From: Octopus sinensis
Taxonomy: Eukaryota
NCBI RefSeq assembly: GCF_006345805.1
Contig: NC_043005.1
Coordinates: forward strand, 105,648,001 to 105,712,000
Direction of reading: 5' to 3'
Length of the DNA: 64,000 nucleotides
Below the pieces are notes generated by a model. It searched no databases. It was not told the DNA's origin and saw nothing but the letters and a program-made list of their open reading frames with translations. The stretch's first letter is position 1. Each line of letters opens with the position of its first letter. This document shows positions 1 through 13,566 of the stretch, piece after piece. The position numbers and the translations under genes are program-made.

Positions 1-748
1 AACCTGGCATGTATTAAATTAAATAGAAAAGAATGAAGAATGAACGAAATATCGACTGTCTGTGTGTTGGCATATATGCGTTGAATTTTTTTTTAAATGG
101 GAAATTGTGTGTAGTTTTGTGTAAGTATATATATGTATACATAAATGTTAAAATGCACACACACACACTCGCACACATGCATCTATATACACACACACGA
201 CAGTTATAGATGTCACTCAGACATATTCACATGTCACATAAACACAAAAGGATATAAACGAATGGTCCAACAAATTCCGGTAAAGTAGATTTAGTTACAT
301 ATACGCACATATAGCCATTACTATACTTGATATGTTCCCAGGCACGCATACATACATACATACATACATACAAAAAGACGACAGACAGGCAGAAAGACAG
401 ATAGATAGAGAGATAGATAGATGGATAGACAGATAGATAGATGGATAGATAGATATACATGCATATTAACACATATACACACGCTCACATTCATACACAC
501 GCAACTCATTGCCATATATATTCCTGTGAGAATCCATACAAAGTTCTCAATATTTAAATAAAAGTATTACAATTTCTTCATTAACTTTATTGTTATAAAA
601 AGACAACACTTACAACAATGAAAAACATCATCATCGTCATCATCATCATCATCAACGTCATCATCAACAACAATAGTAACAAAAGGAACAGTTCATTGTT
701 TATATTATTTACATTTGACGGATATTTGTCCTCATCTTGTTTGTTGTT

Positions 749-795
749 AACACAACGTTTCGGCTGATATACTCTCTGGCCTTCATGAGGTGTCT
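749..795 (-). ncRNA. Minimal hammerhead ribozyme motif (G5C-mutated copy) in a short solo-pLTR-like repeat (about 715-885)
   Basis: Minus strand reads AGACAC-CTCATGA-A-GGC..GCC-GAAAC-GTT-GTGTT: stem I ACAC/GTGT, stem II GGC/GCC, ACGT palindromic stem III. Core is CUCAUGA instead of CUGAUGA. Confidence 0.7.
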
Positions 796-1671
796 TGGGG
801 AAATTTTCAACCTGGGTTCTCATTCCTATGGTATTTTTCAGTGTTGTTGTTGTTGTTGTTATTATTATTATTATTATTATTGAGTCAGTTGAATCAGAGT
901 TGATTTGTACTTGAAGTTGTATTTAACATTGAATGATCACAAGCCAAGTAATTAAACTAAGAACCTCCATGATTATTGTAGCTTTCGTATCGACTGGATT
1001 AAGTAGCAAAAACTGGCAACCCTCGGCTTCGGTCGCCGAATAAGGGATTCGGTGACGGGGTTGAAATATAATTTCTTGTACTTTTTTGTCTTTTTACTTT
1101 ATTATTTTCATCTTAATTTCAGATCTACCATCAATAAAATATATTCGAAATATGACATATGAAAAGATCTCATTGATGTTCTCGGTATGAAGAAAATATA
1201 AAGTAAAATGTAGACTAACAAACTTAATGAGTTAACAATGAGTTTTTTTTTTACCCGTTTAAAGTTACATCTTTAATGAAAAGTCTGCGTTAATGATAAA
1301 AAATTTAACGTTGATTGTTAACACCGCGACGTATTCTGTAGAGCTGTGGTGAACAATACAACGGACACGATAACATTTATCGTAGCCAACACCACAGCTC
1401 GCACCGTAACATACATTGCTGCTAACACTACAAAATGCAATACAACCAGTTACAATAAAATTGTTACAACAATGCAACATCGCAATATACAACAATATAC
1501 GAAATATGCTTTCTCCAGCACTGTTAGTAACGCTATAAAATATATTGTTAATACGCTTGTTGCTAACATTACCACAAATACTGGAACATACATTGTTCCA
1601 AACAAAATGCTACAACTTGAATATATACATAGATGCATACACACGTATATGCGCTCGCGCGCGTGTGTAGT

Positions 1672-2117
1672 TAAGGTAAACTTATTTCTTTATTGCCCAC
1701 AAGGGGCTAAACATAGAGGGGCAAACAAGGGCAGTCAAAGGGATTAAGTCGATTACATCGACCCCGGTGTGTGAAAGGATGAAAAGCAAAGTCGACCTCG
1801 GTAGAATTTGAACTCAGAACGCAACGGCAGACGAAATGCCTATTTCTTTACTACCCACAAGGGGCCAAACACAGAGAGGACAAACAAAGACAAACAAACG
1901 GATTAAATCGATTATAACGACCCCAGTGCGTAACTGGTACTTATTTAATCGACCCCGAAATGATGAAATGCAAAGTCGACCTCGGCGGAATTTGAACTCG
2001 TAACGTAGCGGCTGACGAAATACCTATTTCTATTCCTTTATTGACCTCAAGGGGCTAAACATAGAGAGGACAAACAAGGACAGACAAACGGATTAAGTCG
2101 ATTATATCGACCCCAGT
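1672..2117 (-). mobile_element. Cluster of three partial tRNA-derived SINE copies (family A, Meta-domain-like centre)
   Basis: Repeated revcomp of GTTCTGAGTTCAAATTCCGCCGAGGTCGACTTTGCCTTTCATC (B box + central domain) and the shared 3' tail CCCCTTGTGGG..AAAGAAATA. Confidence 0.85.
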
Positions 2118-2849
2118 GCCAGCTTGCCGCCTGACATTTCAATAAACGCAGGGATATTTATAATTTTAAAAATATTTTTTCTTGATTTTCCTGTTTCATT
2201 TTTCACTGCTCAGTTGTCGCGTTTGGACGTGAATCTTTGTAACTCGACTGAACTGTAAATGCTTGATTGCCATAAAGTTGCAACGTCGATGCTGTACAAC
2301 TGCCATGTAGAAGAGCCGTGAATGCTATTTAACTGCTAAGTGATTGCTATGTGAATGCTATTTACCGGCTTTATGGTTGCCATGCTATAATGATATCGTG
2401 CGTTTAACTGCAGTGTGACAGACATTTGTTCACTGTTAAACTGTTGTTAGCTGTGTGACTACATATTAGCAGCATCATTTACATGTCTGATTACTGTTTG
2501 ACTGTTCTATCATAGCTAATTAATTTTTCTGTTGTAACTCATGAGTAACTGCTATATGAATTCAAACTGGCTGTCAGTTATAACTTAACTCTTTTCTACT
2601 TGGTTGAACTATTTCTTATTTTCTGTTTGGGTAACACCTGAACGTTTAAAATTTAACAATGCAATACTGTAACTGCTAGACGAATATCACTTGATTGCCA
2701 CTTGTTTGCTGTTTGCTGTTGCTATTAATTGCCTGTTGTTTGTTTGTTGTTGGATTACGAGAACTACTGACAACTGTTTCACTACTTTGACTACTAAATG
2801 ACTGTTGATTGACTACTGTAGCTGCTGATGACCAACTATATCTAAATAA

Positions 2850-2964
2850 AGCGGCGAGCTGGCAGAAACGTTAGCACGCCGGGAGAAATGCTTAGCAGTA
2901 TTTCGTCTGCCGCTACGTTCTGAGTTCAAATTCCGCCGAGGTCGACTTTGCCTTTCATCCTTTC
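2850..2964 (+). mobile_element. SINE family A, 5' half
   Basis: GCGGCGAGCTGGCAGAAACGTTAG head, B box GAGTTCAAATTCC; truncated at the junction with the RTE fragment. Confidence 0.85.
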
Positions 2965-3490
2965 ATGAATTTGGTGGATCTCGTCAGCGAAGGTCGAAGC
3001 TGCTAACCCGATTCTCCTGTACGGCTCCTGGTCGAGTGAGAGGCCATGCGTAATTATTGAGCCAAAGTACGTAAACTCATAGACCACATCGAGCGAGTGG
3101 TTATCGATAGTAATGATGGAGGGATCCGAGACGCCTTGGCCCATTACCTTGCTCTTCTGTTGACTGATTGTTAGGCTGAAGGCACAGCCGCTCGGTTGAG
3201 ATTGTCCATCATTGTTTGCAGTTGCAGTTCTAATTGAGCTACTAGAGCCGCGTCGTCGGCAAACAGCACCTCCCGAATGTAAACCCTGCGGATTTTGGTC
3301 TTCGCACTGAGCCTTCACAGATTGAATAGTTTACCGTCCGACCTTGTGAGGAGGCAAACGCCGTCGTTTTGCGTACATAATGTATACTTCAGCATGACAG
3401 TGAAGCAGATGTTGAACAGGGTAGGAGCAAGCATGCATCCCTCTTTTACCCCTTTATACAGGTATAAAGGTATACTATTGAACCTTGGCA
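2965..3490 (-). pseudogene. RTE-clade LINE reverse-transcriptase fragment
   Basis: Translates GVKEGCMLAPTLF, then IREVLFADDAAL (frameshifted), then LTISQQKSKVM..FTYFGSII..RIGLAASTF. These are RT motifs typical of RTE LINEs. Confidence 0.85.
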
Positions 3491-3784
3491 GGGGCATTAT
3501 GCCCGTAATAATAAGCACCAGTGCGTGTGTTTATTATTAGTGGCATAATGCCCCTCCCAAGGTTCAATAGCATTTCTTTCAACACACGAATTCACATCAA
3601 TAATCTTGCAAAATCAAATACAAATATGAACTATAAAGGTATATATATATATCGTTTATACAGGTATAAAGATATATATATATACTTATGTCTTATGTAT
3701 ATGTGTTTGTGTTGTTGTGCTTATATATGTGCATATAATATTAATACTGTGTGTATTTAATTATTTAGTTTTATTTCAAGATTT

Positions 3785-4150
3785 CTTGCCAATAGAAAAA
3801 GCCGGTTTCTAACCTAGATCCAAGGCACCTTCATTGGAATTTCAACATCAAAAACAGGGTATTTTTGTATGTTTGAATGTATACATGCAAATTTGTAGGT
3901 TTTGTTTATGTATGTCTTCTCATGCATATACTTGCATACCTATACATGATAAACTTCTGGAAAGTTCTACAAATTTTTACAGTTCCAGTGATGACTTGGA
4001 ATCTTTGAATCAGCTTTCTCCTCACTGGCTTTGAGAAGCCTAATTTCTCAAGATTGATATTTAGGCAGTGTGTTTCATATCCCAATGCCTCAATAATTAC
4101 AGGTATAAACCTGAACTTCTAATCTGGATAGAGGAAGTGCAGATTTCTAT
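3785..4150 (-). mobile_element. 3' end of an RLE-type (R4/Dong-like) LINE, homologous to 60835-61605
   Basis: Shares CCGGTTTCTAACCTAGATCCAAGG and TCAATAATTACAGGTATAAACCTGAACTT with the 60.8-61.6 kb copy. Confidence 0.8.
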
Positions 4151-4219
4151 GTAAGTATATATGTATGTATGTACGTATGCATGTATGTATGTATGTATGA
4201 ATGTATATATGTATGTATA

Positions 4220-4257
<38 letters not shown>

Positions 4258-4679
4258 AGTATAAAGGTATATATCCACATATGTTATATGTGTGTGTGTG
4301 TTTGTGCTGCTGTGCATATATATACTTATAACACTGATATATAATTGTGTGTGCATATTTATGTATGTATATATACCCATAGGTATGCAGCATGTTACAA
4401 AATCGAAAATCAAGGGTGCAGATAAACAAAATAAATTTAACGATGAGAGTAATGTGGTTGGGTCGGGGCGGGGTTTGGAATACAAAGACTGTCCGTCATG
4501 ATTCGTGATGAAGGAAAAGCCCAAAACGAATGTAGATTGTTTTAATGAATATAGGTATTGTTATAAAAAAAATAGAGGAAACATGAGTGTTAGGGTGATG
4601 AAAGTGTTCATTGTGGCAAGAAATAATTGGTTTAGATCCATGATTTTAGTTAGAATTTAGAGAATTCATTATTATAATA

Positions 4680-4684
4680 TATGC

Positions 4685-4721
<37 letters not shown>

Positions 4722-4822
4722 CACACTCACACAAACATATATTTATATATATGTGTGTGTATATATATGTATATGTGTATATATATATATTTCTAAACAT
4801 GTACATACACATATATGTGCGT

Positions 4823-4871
<49 letters not shown>

Positions 4872-5060
4872 TATATATACATGAATGTATATATATGTAT
4901 ATATATGTATATACATATCTCTATATATGTGTATATATCTATATATATAAATATATATATGTATATACATATCTCTATATATGTGTATATATATGTATAT
5001 ATATGTATGAGTGTATGCATATATGTATGCATGTACATTTGTGCATGTGTGTGCATAGTA
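4680..5060. repeat. (TA)n/(TATG)n compound microsatellite
   Basis: Direct reading. Confidence 0.95.
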
Positions 5061-5299
5061 TATGCACAGTCTGTAATCTAGAATGGAATTTCTCTGAGAA
5101 AATTCATGATTTAAAGAACTCAGAGAAAGCAATAAAATGTAAAAAAAAAAAATAATAATAAAAGGAATAATACAGACAAAAGGTGAAAATGTAAAGAACA
5201 TAACAAACAAATTAAATGAAAAAACACGAAAAATTCTGATAAAGTAAAAGCAAAAATGATCACAGTTGAAATGAGAAATAGAAATAAAAATTTCTGAAA

Positions 5300-5307
5300 T
5301 GTATTAC

Positions 5308-5346
<39 letters not shown>

Positions 5347-5363
5347 CATCATCATCATCATCA

Positions 5364-5394
<31 letters not shown>

Positions 5395-5592
5395 CATTAT
5401 TATTATTATATTATTATTATTATTATCATCATCATATTCATTATTATTATTATTATTATTATTATCATCATCATATTCATTATTATTATTATTATTATTA
5501 TTATCATCATCATATTCAATATTATTATCATTATTATTATTATTATTAATAATAATAATAATAATAGTAATGATAATAATAATAATATAAAA
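5300..5592. repeat. (ATT)n/(ATC)n/(AAT)n array with a higher-order unit ending CATATTC repeated three times
   Basis: Direct reading. Confidence 0.9.
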
Positions 5593-5861
5593 AGTACAAA
5601 AGAAAGTTGAAGAGAATTGATGGGTAAGAAAAAATATTGAAAGAAATCCTTGAAGATCTTTGAATAGAGAAAGGAAAGGTTAAAGAAAAAAAAAGGAAGT
5701 TGACGCATGCATAGACACACACATACATTTACATACGCTCGGAGTCATACATGCATATGCACATGTACAAATACATGCAATTATGTATTCATATAGTAAT
5801 ATTACCCACATGTAACTTTAATCATCATATACATGCACATATATATATATATCTATACCTG

Positions 5862-5895
<34 letters not shown>

Positions 5896-6208
5896 GATAG
5901 ATAGATAGATAGATAGTTAAATAGATAGATAGACAGATAGATAGATATAAATATATTTAATCTTCTATATTGCTAATAGATATCAATTGTATTAGATGTG
6001 AGAGAAGTATTTGAATGTGTCAGTGAGAATATTAAATGGTGCTCAAACATGTAGGAGGTTTGCCCATGTTTAGCTTACTCAGAGATTTTCATTCTGCTTT
6101 GCAATAATATCAGGTGTAATATTTTGAAGAAAATATACATACATACATGTATACATACGCTATCATCATCATCACCACCGCCACCATTACCACCACCATT
6201 ACCACCAC

Positions 6209-6243
<35 letters not shown>

Positions 6244-6299
6244 GCATCATCATTATCATCACCACTACCATCATTACCCCTCCCCCACCATCATCATCA

Positions 6300-6460
6300 T
6301 CATCATAATCATCATTTAATGTCCATTGTCCACACTGGATGGCTCAATAGGAGGTGGTGTGCCAGAGATTTATACCTAACTCCAGTGCTTGCATTGACAC
6401 GGTTTCTACAAGTGAATGTTTTACTTAATGCCCACCACTTTACAAAGTGTACACCTGTAC
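6300..6460 (-). mobile_element. Degenerate RTE-tail retroposon fragment with (GAT)n tail; related pieces at 7150-7285 (+) and 9870-9960 (+)
   Basis: 7225-7280 reads CCGTCCAAACATGTCAGCATGGAAAATAGG..GATGATGATG; the 6300-6460 piece resembles its reverse complement. Confidence 0.5.
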
Positions 6461-6463
6461 ATA

Positions 6464-6861
6464 TCTTTATATATAAAAGTAAGGTTGTGTGTCTGTCTCC
6501 TACGATTTAGATTCCTAACTACTCCCACATTTTGCGGTGCAGTTTAACCAAAACCGGGTATCTTATAGTTGTGATTCATATCGAGCCCTTCTGGGTATTA
6601 GCGCACGTCTACGATGAGTCTACGATTTAAAAAAAATTTACGATCATTTTTTTCCATTTTAATGCATTTTTTCGCTATTATATAAGGGAAGTAACTCTCT
6701 AAAAATGTCTACGATGAGTCAACGATTTAAAAAAAAATTTACCATAATTTTTTTCACATTTTTAATGCATTTTTTTTGCTAGTTTTTGGCTATAACTCTC
6801 TAAAAAATGCTTATATAGTTATTTCCCTTACAAACCTGAGCAACGCCGGGCGATACTGCTA

Positions 6862-6862
<1 letters not shown>
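6464..6862 (+). mobile_element. Complete short non-autonomous Helitron (about 400 bp)
   Basis: 5' A|TC start, subterminal hairpin CCTGAGCAACGCCGGG (6835-6850), 3' CTAG|T end, no TSD. Internal direct repeat GTCTACGATGAGTC.ACGATTTAAAAAAAA occurs twice. Confidence 0.85.
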
Positions 6863-6899
<37 letters not shown>

Positions 6900-7769
6900 T
6901 GTGCCTTGGTATGTCCATATGTTAATCTATGTTGTAGGTATACAGGTTTGTCAAATTTACCCATTTCTCTACAGATTGAAAAAATGGCAATCTTAATCAA
7001 TTTTAGTCCTTTGATGGAACCTCATCAGACGTGTTTATATGATAGTCCCAAAGAAACAAGTTGTCAACCCATTTATATATACATCAAATCCTGTAGCTTT
7101 AGAGCACAGGAGCCTCCACTATGAAGAAAGTGTTAGTACACTCTGTAAATGGTTGCTATTAGGAAGGGTATGCTTGACAGTAGAGTTTGGAGCAATCCCC
7201 TTGCTTACTAACTCCTGCCAAACCGTCCAAACATGTCAGCATGGAAAATAGGCAATAAATAGTGATGATGATGATCATGGTGATGAAAATGTATCTTCCT
7301 CATAGGAGAGACTTACCTTAACCTAGGGTTTAATGAGACCCTTTACACAAGGGAGAACTTGTTACATTCAAAATTAGAGTAAGAGGTTTATTTAAATTCA
7401 GAATTTTCAGTCTCGTAGTATCAAACCCATCGTTCTCTCATCAGACGCCTGTAAATATATGAATGCACACACACGCACACACACATGCGCAGACATGACA
7501 CACACATGCACACTCTTATGTAGAGATATATCCGTATATATACTTGAATATATGCATGTGTATACTTTTGGGTGAATGTGTGGGGAGGTTTGCATGTACA
7601 TGAAGTCATGCAAACATACACAACCACTCCATATCTCAATGCATGTCTGTTGACATTTCCACATACCCAATGCTGCAGATGCATATCTACACAAAAAATA
7701 TACATACACATCATCACAAACACATACATACATACATGCATATATATATATCATAAACTTATATTTTTA

Positions 7770-7790
7770 AAATAAATATGTATATATATG

Positions 7791-7822
<32 letters not shown>

Positions 7823-7896
7823 CATATATGTATATATATATATATGTATATATATATATAACATATATGTATATATATATAACATATATGTATACA

Positions 7897-7940
<44 letters not shown>

Positions 7941-8060
7941 CATATATGTATATATATATACATATATGTATATATATATACATATATGTATACATATATG
8001 TATATATATATGTATATATATACATATATGTTATATATATATATATATATATATACACTA
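7770..8060. repeat. (TA)n/(TATG)n microsatellite
   Basis: Direct reading. Confidence 0.95.
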
Positions 8061-9989
8061 AGAGACACATTTCGATAGGGACACACTCTCACAAATAAAC
8101 ATCCATACATACACACATATACACACTTGCATTTATTCAAATCTACTCATTCATACCTAACAACTATAGGTAGATCTATATTTACGGTGACATATAAAAA
8201 TGAATCAGTACCGACACATGCACACACACCCACACACACACACACACACACACTCACACACATATTCAATCACTTCATCACATAGATCCTTTAACATACA
8301 ATCAGAGACAGCTATATTCACGGTGACATGGGCACACATCCATTAACTCACAGATTACAAATACATACACACACACATAAATCAGTACTAACACATTGAC
8401 ACACTTATTCAGCTCTGCATATAACTCACACACACAAAGGCACATAATCACATACACACACATAAACACAATCACACACATATATACACTCACACATACT
8501 GACGCACACAATGAAACAAATTCTTGTAAAAAAAAATCTTCAGCTTTTAGAAGGATTTTTTTTTTGTGAAATTACATTGTATTTTACCATTTTTTTTTCC
8601 AGTTGGAATTATTTGTTAAAATGTCTTGGAGTGAAAAAATGGAGAGAAATTCCAAAAATTTCTTTCACTTTTTTCTGTCTGTCTCTCATCCATTCTTTTT
8701 TTTCTAGAAGTTTGAGGTATTTTTTTTCTTTAATTTTATATTTCTATGATCTTGGTACAATTGATGTTGTTGTTGTTGCTGTTGTTGTTGTTGTTGCAGT
8801 TGTTACTGTTACAGCTGTTGTGATTACTGTTGCTATTGTTACATAAATTTGTTTTACTCTTGTGTATATTGTTTACACCAGCTTTTTATCACCATTTTAT
8901 CTGATTAAAAAGTATATATATATTGACACACATATATGCATGCATTTACGCATACATACATACATACATACATGCATGGATATATATATAAAAATGTTTT
9001 ATATCTTTCTATCTGTCTATCTATATATATGTGTGTATATGGTGTATATGTATAGGGATGTATGTGTGCATGTATATCACCATCATTATTTAATCTCCAT
9101 GTTCCATGCTGACATGGGTTGATATATAAATTTAGGCACATATACATGTACACACACAGGCACACACACATATATGTATATGCATATTTATGCATACATA
9201 TATATGTATACACACACACACACACACACATACACACACATATATTATAATAAAAGCAAAATTCTGACTGACTGGGACCTCTGTATCTTGGTCTACATTT
9301 GCTCTACATAGTCATATTATACCATATGGGGATCAGAATGATTCCAGGATAGAAAATCTGCCCTTCATTTGGTTCTTGAATATCCAGTATTGGGATCTGA
9401 TTTAAAAGCATTTGGGTTGCTACTTCTTGCAGGTAAAGCTTGGCTGATTCACACCATTTTGGTTGGGGTTTGTCAGATGATGACAGAGATCAATGGAGAC
9501 ATCATATTCACTTATTTTTAATTTTATGTCGAGATGAGCACTTTGGGACAAGTTGACCAACAGTTGGAATTCAACTTGGGACTGGAACAATAGAATGATT
9601 GCAGAATTAATTCTCATCTGTCCTTAACCTCTGATCAAACACCACTGGGGCATATAGTCATTATGGATGTATTATAGTCATGGTACTTAGCTCTTTTTAT
9701 CTTTGGACCATACGCCCAATTAGCCCTCCGCAGGAGCTAGTTTAAAAGGCCACTCTGCTGCCCCTCTTACAATAATCCCCTCATTCCCTAGCAGGAAACT
9801 GATTCCCCACCGTACTGAAGGAGTTGGAGTGGTTAGCTTCGTGCTAGGGGGTGAGGTGAACTGCATGGCGTCCTCAACTGTATGCAGTCTACACTGTAAA
9901 GTGTAGGAAGGGCAGCGAGTCGTAAAAACTATTCCAAAGCAGACACTGGAGTTCGATGCACGTGTTAGATTGAACGTATGTGTAGCACA

Positions 9990-11000
9990 TTGACCAATTT
10001 TTCTCAAATTGAACAATGAAAGATTTCGAAATGTTATGTGTTTGTGGGGGAAATGCAGCTTCAAATCGGGGGAAAAATAACTTTGAAGGAACTATTTCTA
10101 AAGATACAACAGGCTTATGAAGTGAAGTGTTTGAACGATACACAATATCACAAGTGGTTCCATCGTTTCAAATTGGGAAAAACATCCATTGACGATTATT
10201 CCAAATGTTGGCGCACTTAAATAACAACAGACAGTGATTACTTTGCAGAAGTGCCAGCTGCGATCCCCGAAAATCGTCACGTGACTGCGAGCAAAGTTTC
10301 TGAAGAAGCGAGAATCTGTAAAAGATTCTCACTCAAGAAATTAAACGATAAACCGAAAATAAATCGTGTTACTTCAAAACGTATATGTACAAAAAGAGCT
10401 GTTTCAACGTTCGAATGCTGTGGAAAACTTTCTGAAAAAAGTCCTAAAGGGTTCTCGAAATGCCAGTGTACGGTTTCGTTATGTCGAAACAAAAAAATCC
10501 AGTCGTCCCAATGGATCAGGTTATCGTCACTGCGAACAAAAACATCAGATTCTTCAAATGTAATGGTAACATTGATTATTTTTGTATTAGGAACATGCCG
10601 TTCATCATGAAGCTGTTTTCGCAGTCAGTCTATCAATAAAGAGTTTGATAACCTTGGGCATTTGAGAGTATTTGTGTAAAGGAAGAAGCCTGAAATATGG
10701 ACAAATGAAGCATCGCTATATATTACCATGACTTCATCTATTCACGTGTCAGTCACCTGTGATTGTTTTAGGAAAGCACAAGATAACTCTTGCTTCCCGC
10801 CCTTTAAACTTCTCTTTGTTACAAAAGTTGTAATCCATGCTGCTGGGTCCCAGGTTTCAGATGACAGAATAGGTTTTATAGAACTGCAAGCCCCCCTTGA
10901 AGACGCATTCAAGGAGACGATTCCGAACTAGAGAAACCGCATCCATGTCGGTGTATAAAAAATGGGGACAACTATTCCGAGAGAGATAAGTAAAATAATT
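9990..11000 (+). pseudogene. Decayed mariner (Tc1/mariner) transposase
   Basis: HTH-like KIQQAYEVKCLNDTQYHKWFHRFKLGKTSIDD; TKKIQSSQW-like segment; SSNVMVTLIIF; C-terminal NWRNRI..G. Many stops and frameshifts. Confidence 0.75.
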
Positions 11001-11193
11001 TTGTCTTAAATGTTCGATTTCCTTTTGAACAGGAGTATTAACATAAATATATCAATCAAAATACTCTTCTCTCTCTTTATACACGCACACACGAACACAC
11101 ACACACACAAACACACACACATACACACACACACACAAAAACACATACATACACACACACATATATATATATGTATATATGTATGTATGTATG

Positions 11194-11233
<40 letters not shown>

Positions 11234-12688
11234 CATAACTTACACTCGTGCTGATTCATATACAATGCGCCAATCTGCTTTGTGTATACATTGCCACATT
11301 ATACATAGCTGCTTTCAATGAACTACATGCCCAGAAACAGCTGTAAAGAACTAGCTGCACTTTCTACTCTCATACTTGTGAGTGAGACTAATGATTCACG
11401 GAATTATTATTTACCCATCAGAAGGACTATTGTATGAACTTCTTGGTCTTGTACCCTTCTATCTCTCTTCTCTATGAACTTTCACTTCCCAAATTCTCTT
11501 GGCTTTCTTCTAAATTTACATATCTTTATATTCTCTTCTTACAACTACCTGTTCATCTTTAATTTTAATTTATTATACACACGCACACACACGCGCGCAT
11601 ATATGCATGTGTGTGTATGTATGTATGAAAACCAATCTATCACGACCTGTTAACTCCGGAAATGTTTACGATATATTAATCCAATAGGTAAATAAACAAA
11701 TAGTTTCAACAATACAGCAATATCTTTGTTTACATCATGTCTTCTAATGACATCCTTCCATTTATATCAAGCATATCACATATATCACACTTATATAATA
11801 CATACATTATCCAGCAGTTCACAGAGAGATATGACATACAAGATATTACATTATACAACTTGTTGTCAATATAAAGATATTCCATATAGAATTTCACTAA
11901 ATTATATGACAAGTGTTAATAAAAAAATATATCACATAGGTTATAACTACTGAAGTGAATGTAATGGATACTAGGATGCATGTACACCACACGTGTTAAT
12001 ATATATAAAGATAGCACACGCTATCTTTATATATATTATAAACTTAAATTATATGACACGTTGAACATAAAGATATCACATACAACCACCTCAGATTAAA
12101 TGACAAGGGTAGTGATGGTGGGGGTGGTAGTGGTTAAAGGTGGTGGTGGTGGTTGTGGTGGTGGCTTTGGTGGCAGTGGTAGTGGTGGTAACATCAAACA
12201 ATAACGGTAGCAACATCTGCTACAGCAGTTTCTTTTCCAATCTTAGCACTAGTACCATTCACCGCCATCTTTGTCATAACTATCACCGCTACCATCATCA
12301 CTACCCACACAACCACCTCTACCATCACCATTTAACGACGACAACACTAACAACAACAACAACAATGAATTGACACGTTATGACAACAACAATTACAACA
12401 ATACCAATGCTATTAACAATAATGTTAATGAAATCTTAAATTAATTATTATCTATTTAATTAAGATTGTCATGGGATAGAGTTTGCCGAGTGTCGTTCAG
12501 TATTCAGTATGTTTCATTGTAGGTTGTTAATTCAAATAAATCTCTGTGAAGTTATTTGAAGTATTCCCATCTCTGTTTCACTCTCTGATTATATACTCCC
12601 GACATCAGTTATCCTTAGTTTTGCTAAGGGATTATCTCAATTTTACTCAGTTCATTTTAATTGTATTCGCTAGTTCAGCTGTTGACTA

Positions 12689-12790
12689 CCGTATTTGATA
12701 GCATGTAAGACACACAATTTTCCTTCAAAAAAATGTCTCAAATAATCACCGCACCTTATATGCCATGCTGAGCCTCTCATAAAATAATTT
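12689..12790 (+). mobile_element. Left end of a Tc2/pogo-like DNA transposon
   Basis: TA|CCGTATTTGATAGCATGTAAGAC resembles the TA|CCGTATTTACTCGAATAATAG terminus at 29178. No right end found. Confidence 0.45.
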
Positions 12791-12873
12791 TGTTCTTGAT
12801 ACTCTCTGCCAGACCCTCTCTCTATCTGGCTTATCTTCATAATATTGATATTTACTTAAACATTAGCTAAGTA

Positions 12874-13430
12874 CGTGCTCTGATCAATAAGTATCCAGAC
12901 TATCGTCATTAGTAACGAAGCTAAAGCACGCAGAGTAAAGCCACTTGGCAGAGACTGACCTTGATCACTATTGTGCATGTGCACTAAGTTTTAACGTTCC
13001 CGCTCACTTCTGCTGTTTACAGCACCGCTTGGAAAGAACGTGTGTAGCGAGTGATCGTCGCATTGACCATTATAGAAAGTTGAGCAGAGAATCTGCATCA
13101 AATTTTGTTATAAGCTTGGCTAAACCTGCTCAGAGGCGTACGCAAAGTTGCAGAAAGTGTATGGAGAGGAGTGTATGAGCTTCACACAAGTGTACGAGTG
13201 GTTCAGACGTTTCAAATATGGTAAAAAAATGTAGATATTGACGAACGTTCTGGGAAACCCGCAACCAGCATAACTGAGAAAAACATCGCAGATGTGCAAT
13301 GCAGCTATGAGGGGAAGTCGTTGAATCACCATCCGTGAGTTATCAGAGGATCTGCAGGTTAGTTACAATTCAGTTCAGTGAAGATTTCGGTATGAGACGC
13401 GTGTCTGCCAAGTTTTTGCCAAAACTACTG
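12874..13430 (+). mobile_element. Mariner 5' fragment (TIR, UTR and N-terminal HTH)
   Basis: TA|CGTGCTCTGATCAATAAGTATCCAGACT terminus; translates QRICIKFCYKLG..SEAYAKLQKVYGEECMSFTQVYEWFRRFK..IDERSGKP..IRELSEDL. Confidence 0.85.
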
Positions 13431-13566
13431 TAGAAATGAATTGTGATTTCACTGGTGCCAAACTGTATTGGTCTTTGCCTTTCCCTTGGATTACATCAGT
13501 GGTATGGAGAGGGGAGGCTGGTATGCATAGGTGACTGCTGGTCTTCCATTAACAACCTTCCCTGGA

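Noticed and set aside
6990-7455. Two CTGATGA-containing HHR-like strings on the minus strand (about 7000-7030 and 7410-7450)
   Set aside because: GAAA is mutated (AAAA/GATA) and stems I and III pair poorly; not distinguishable from chance by eye.
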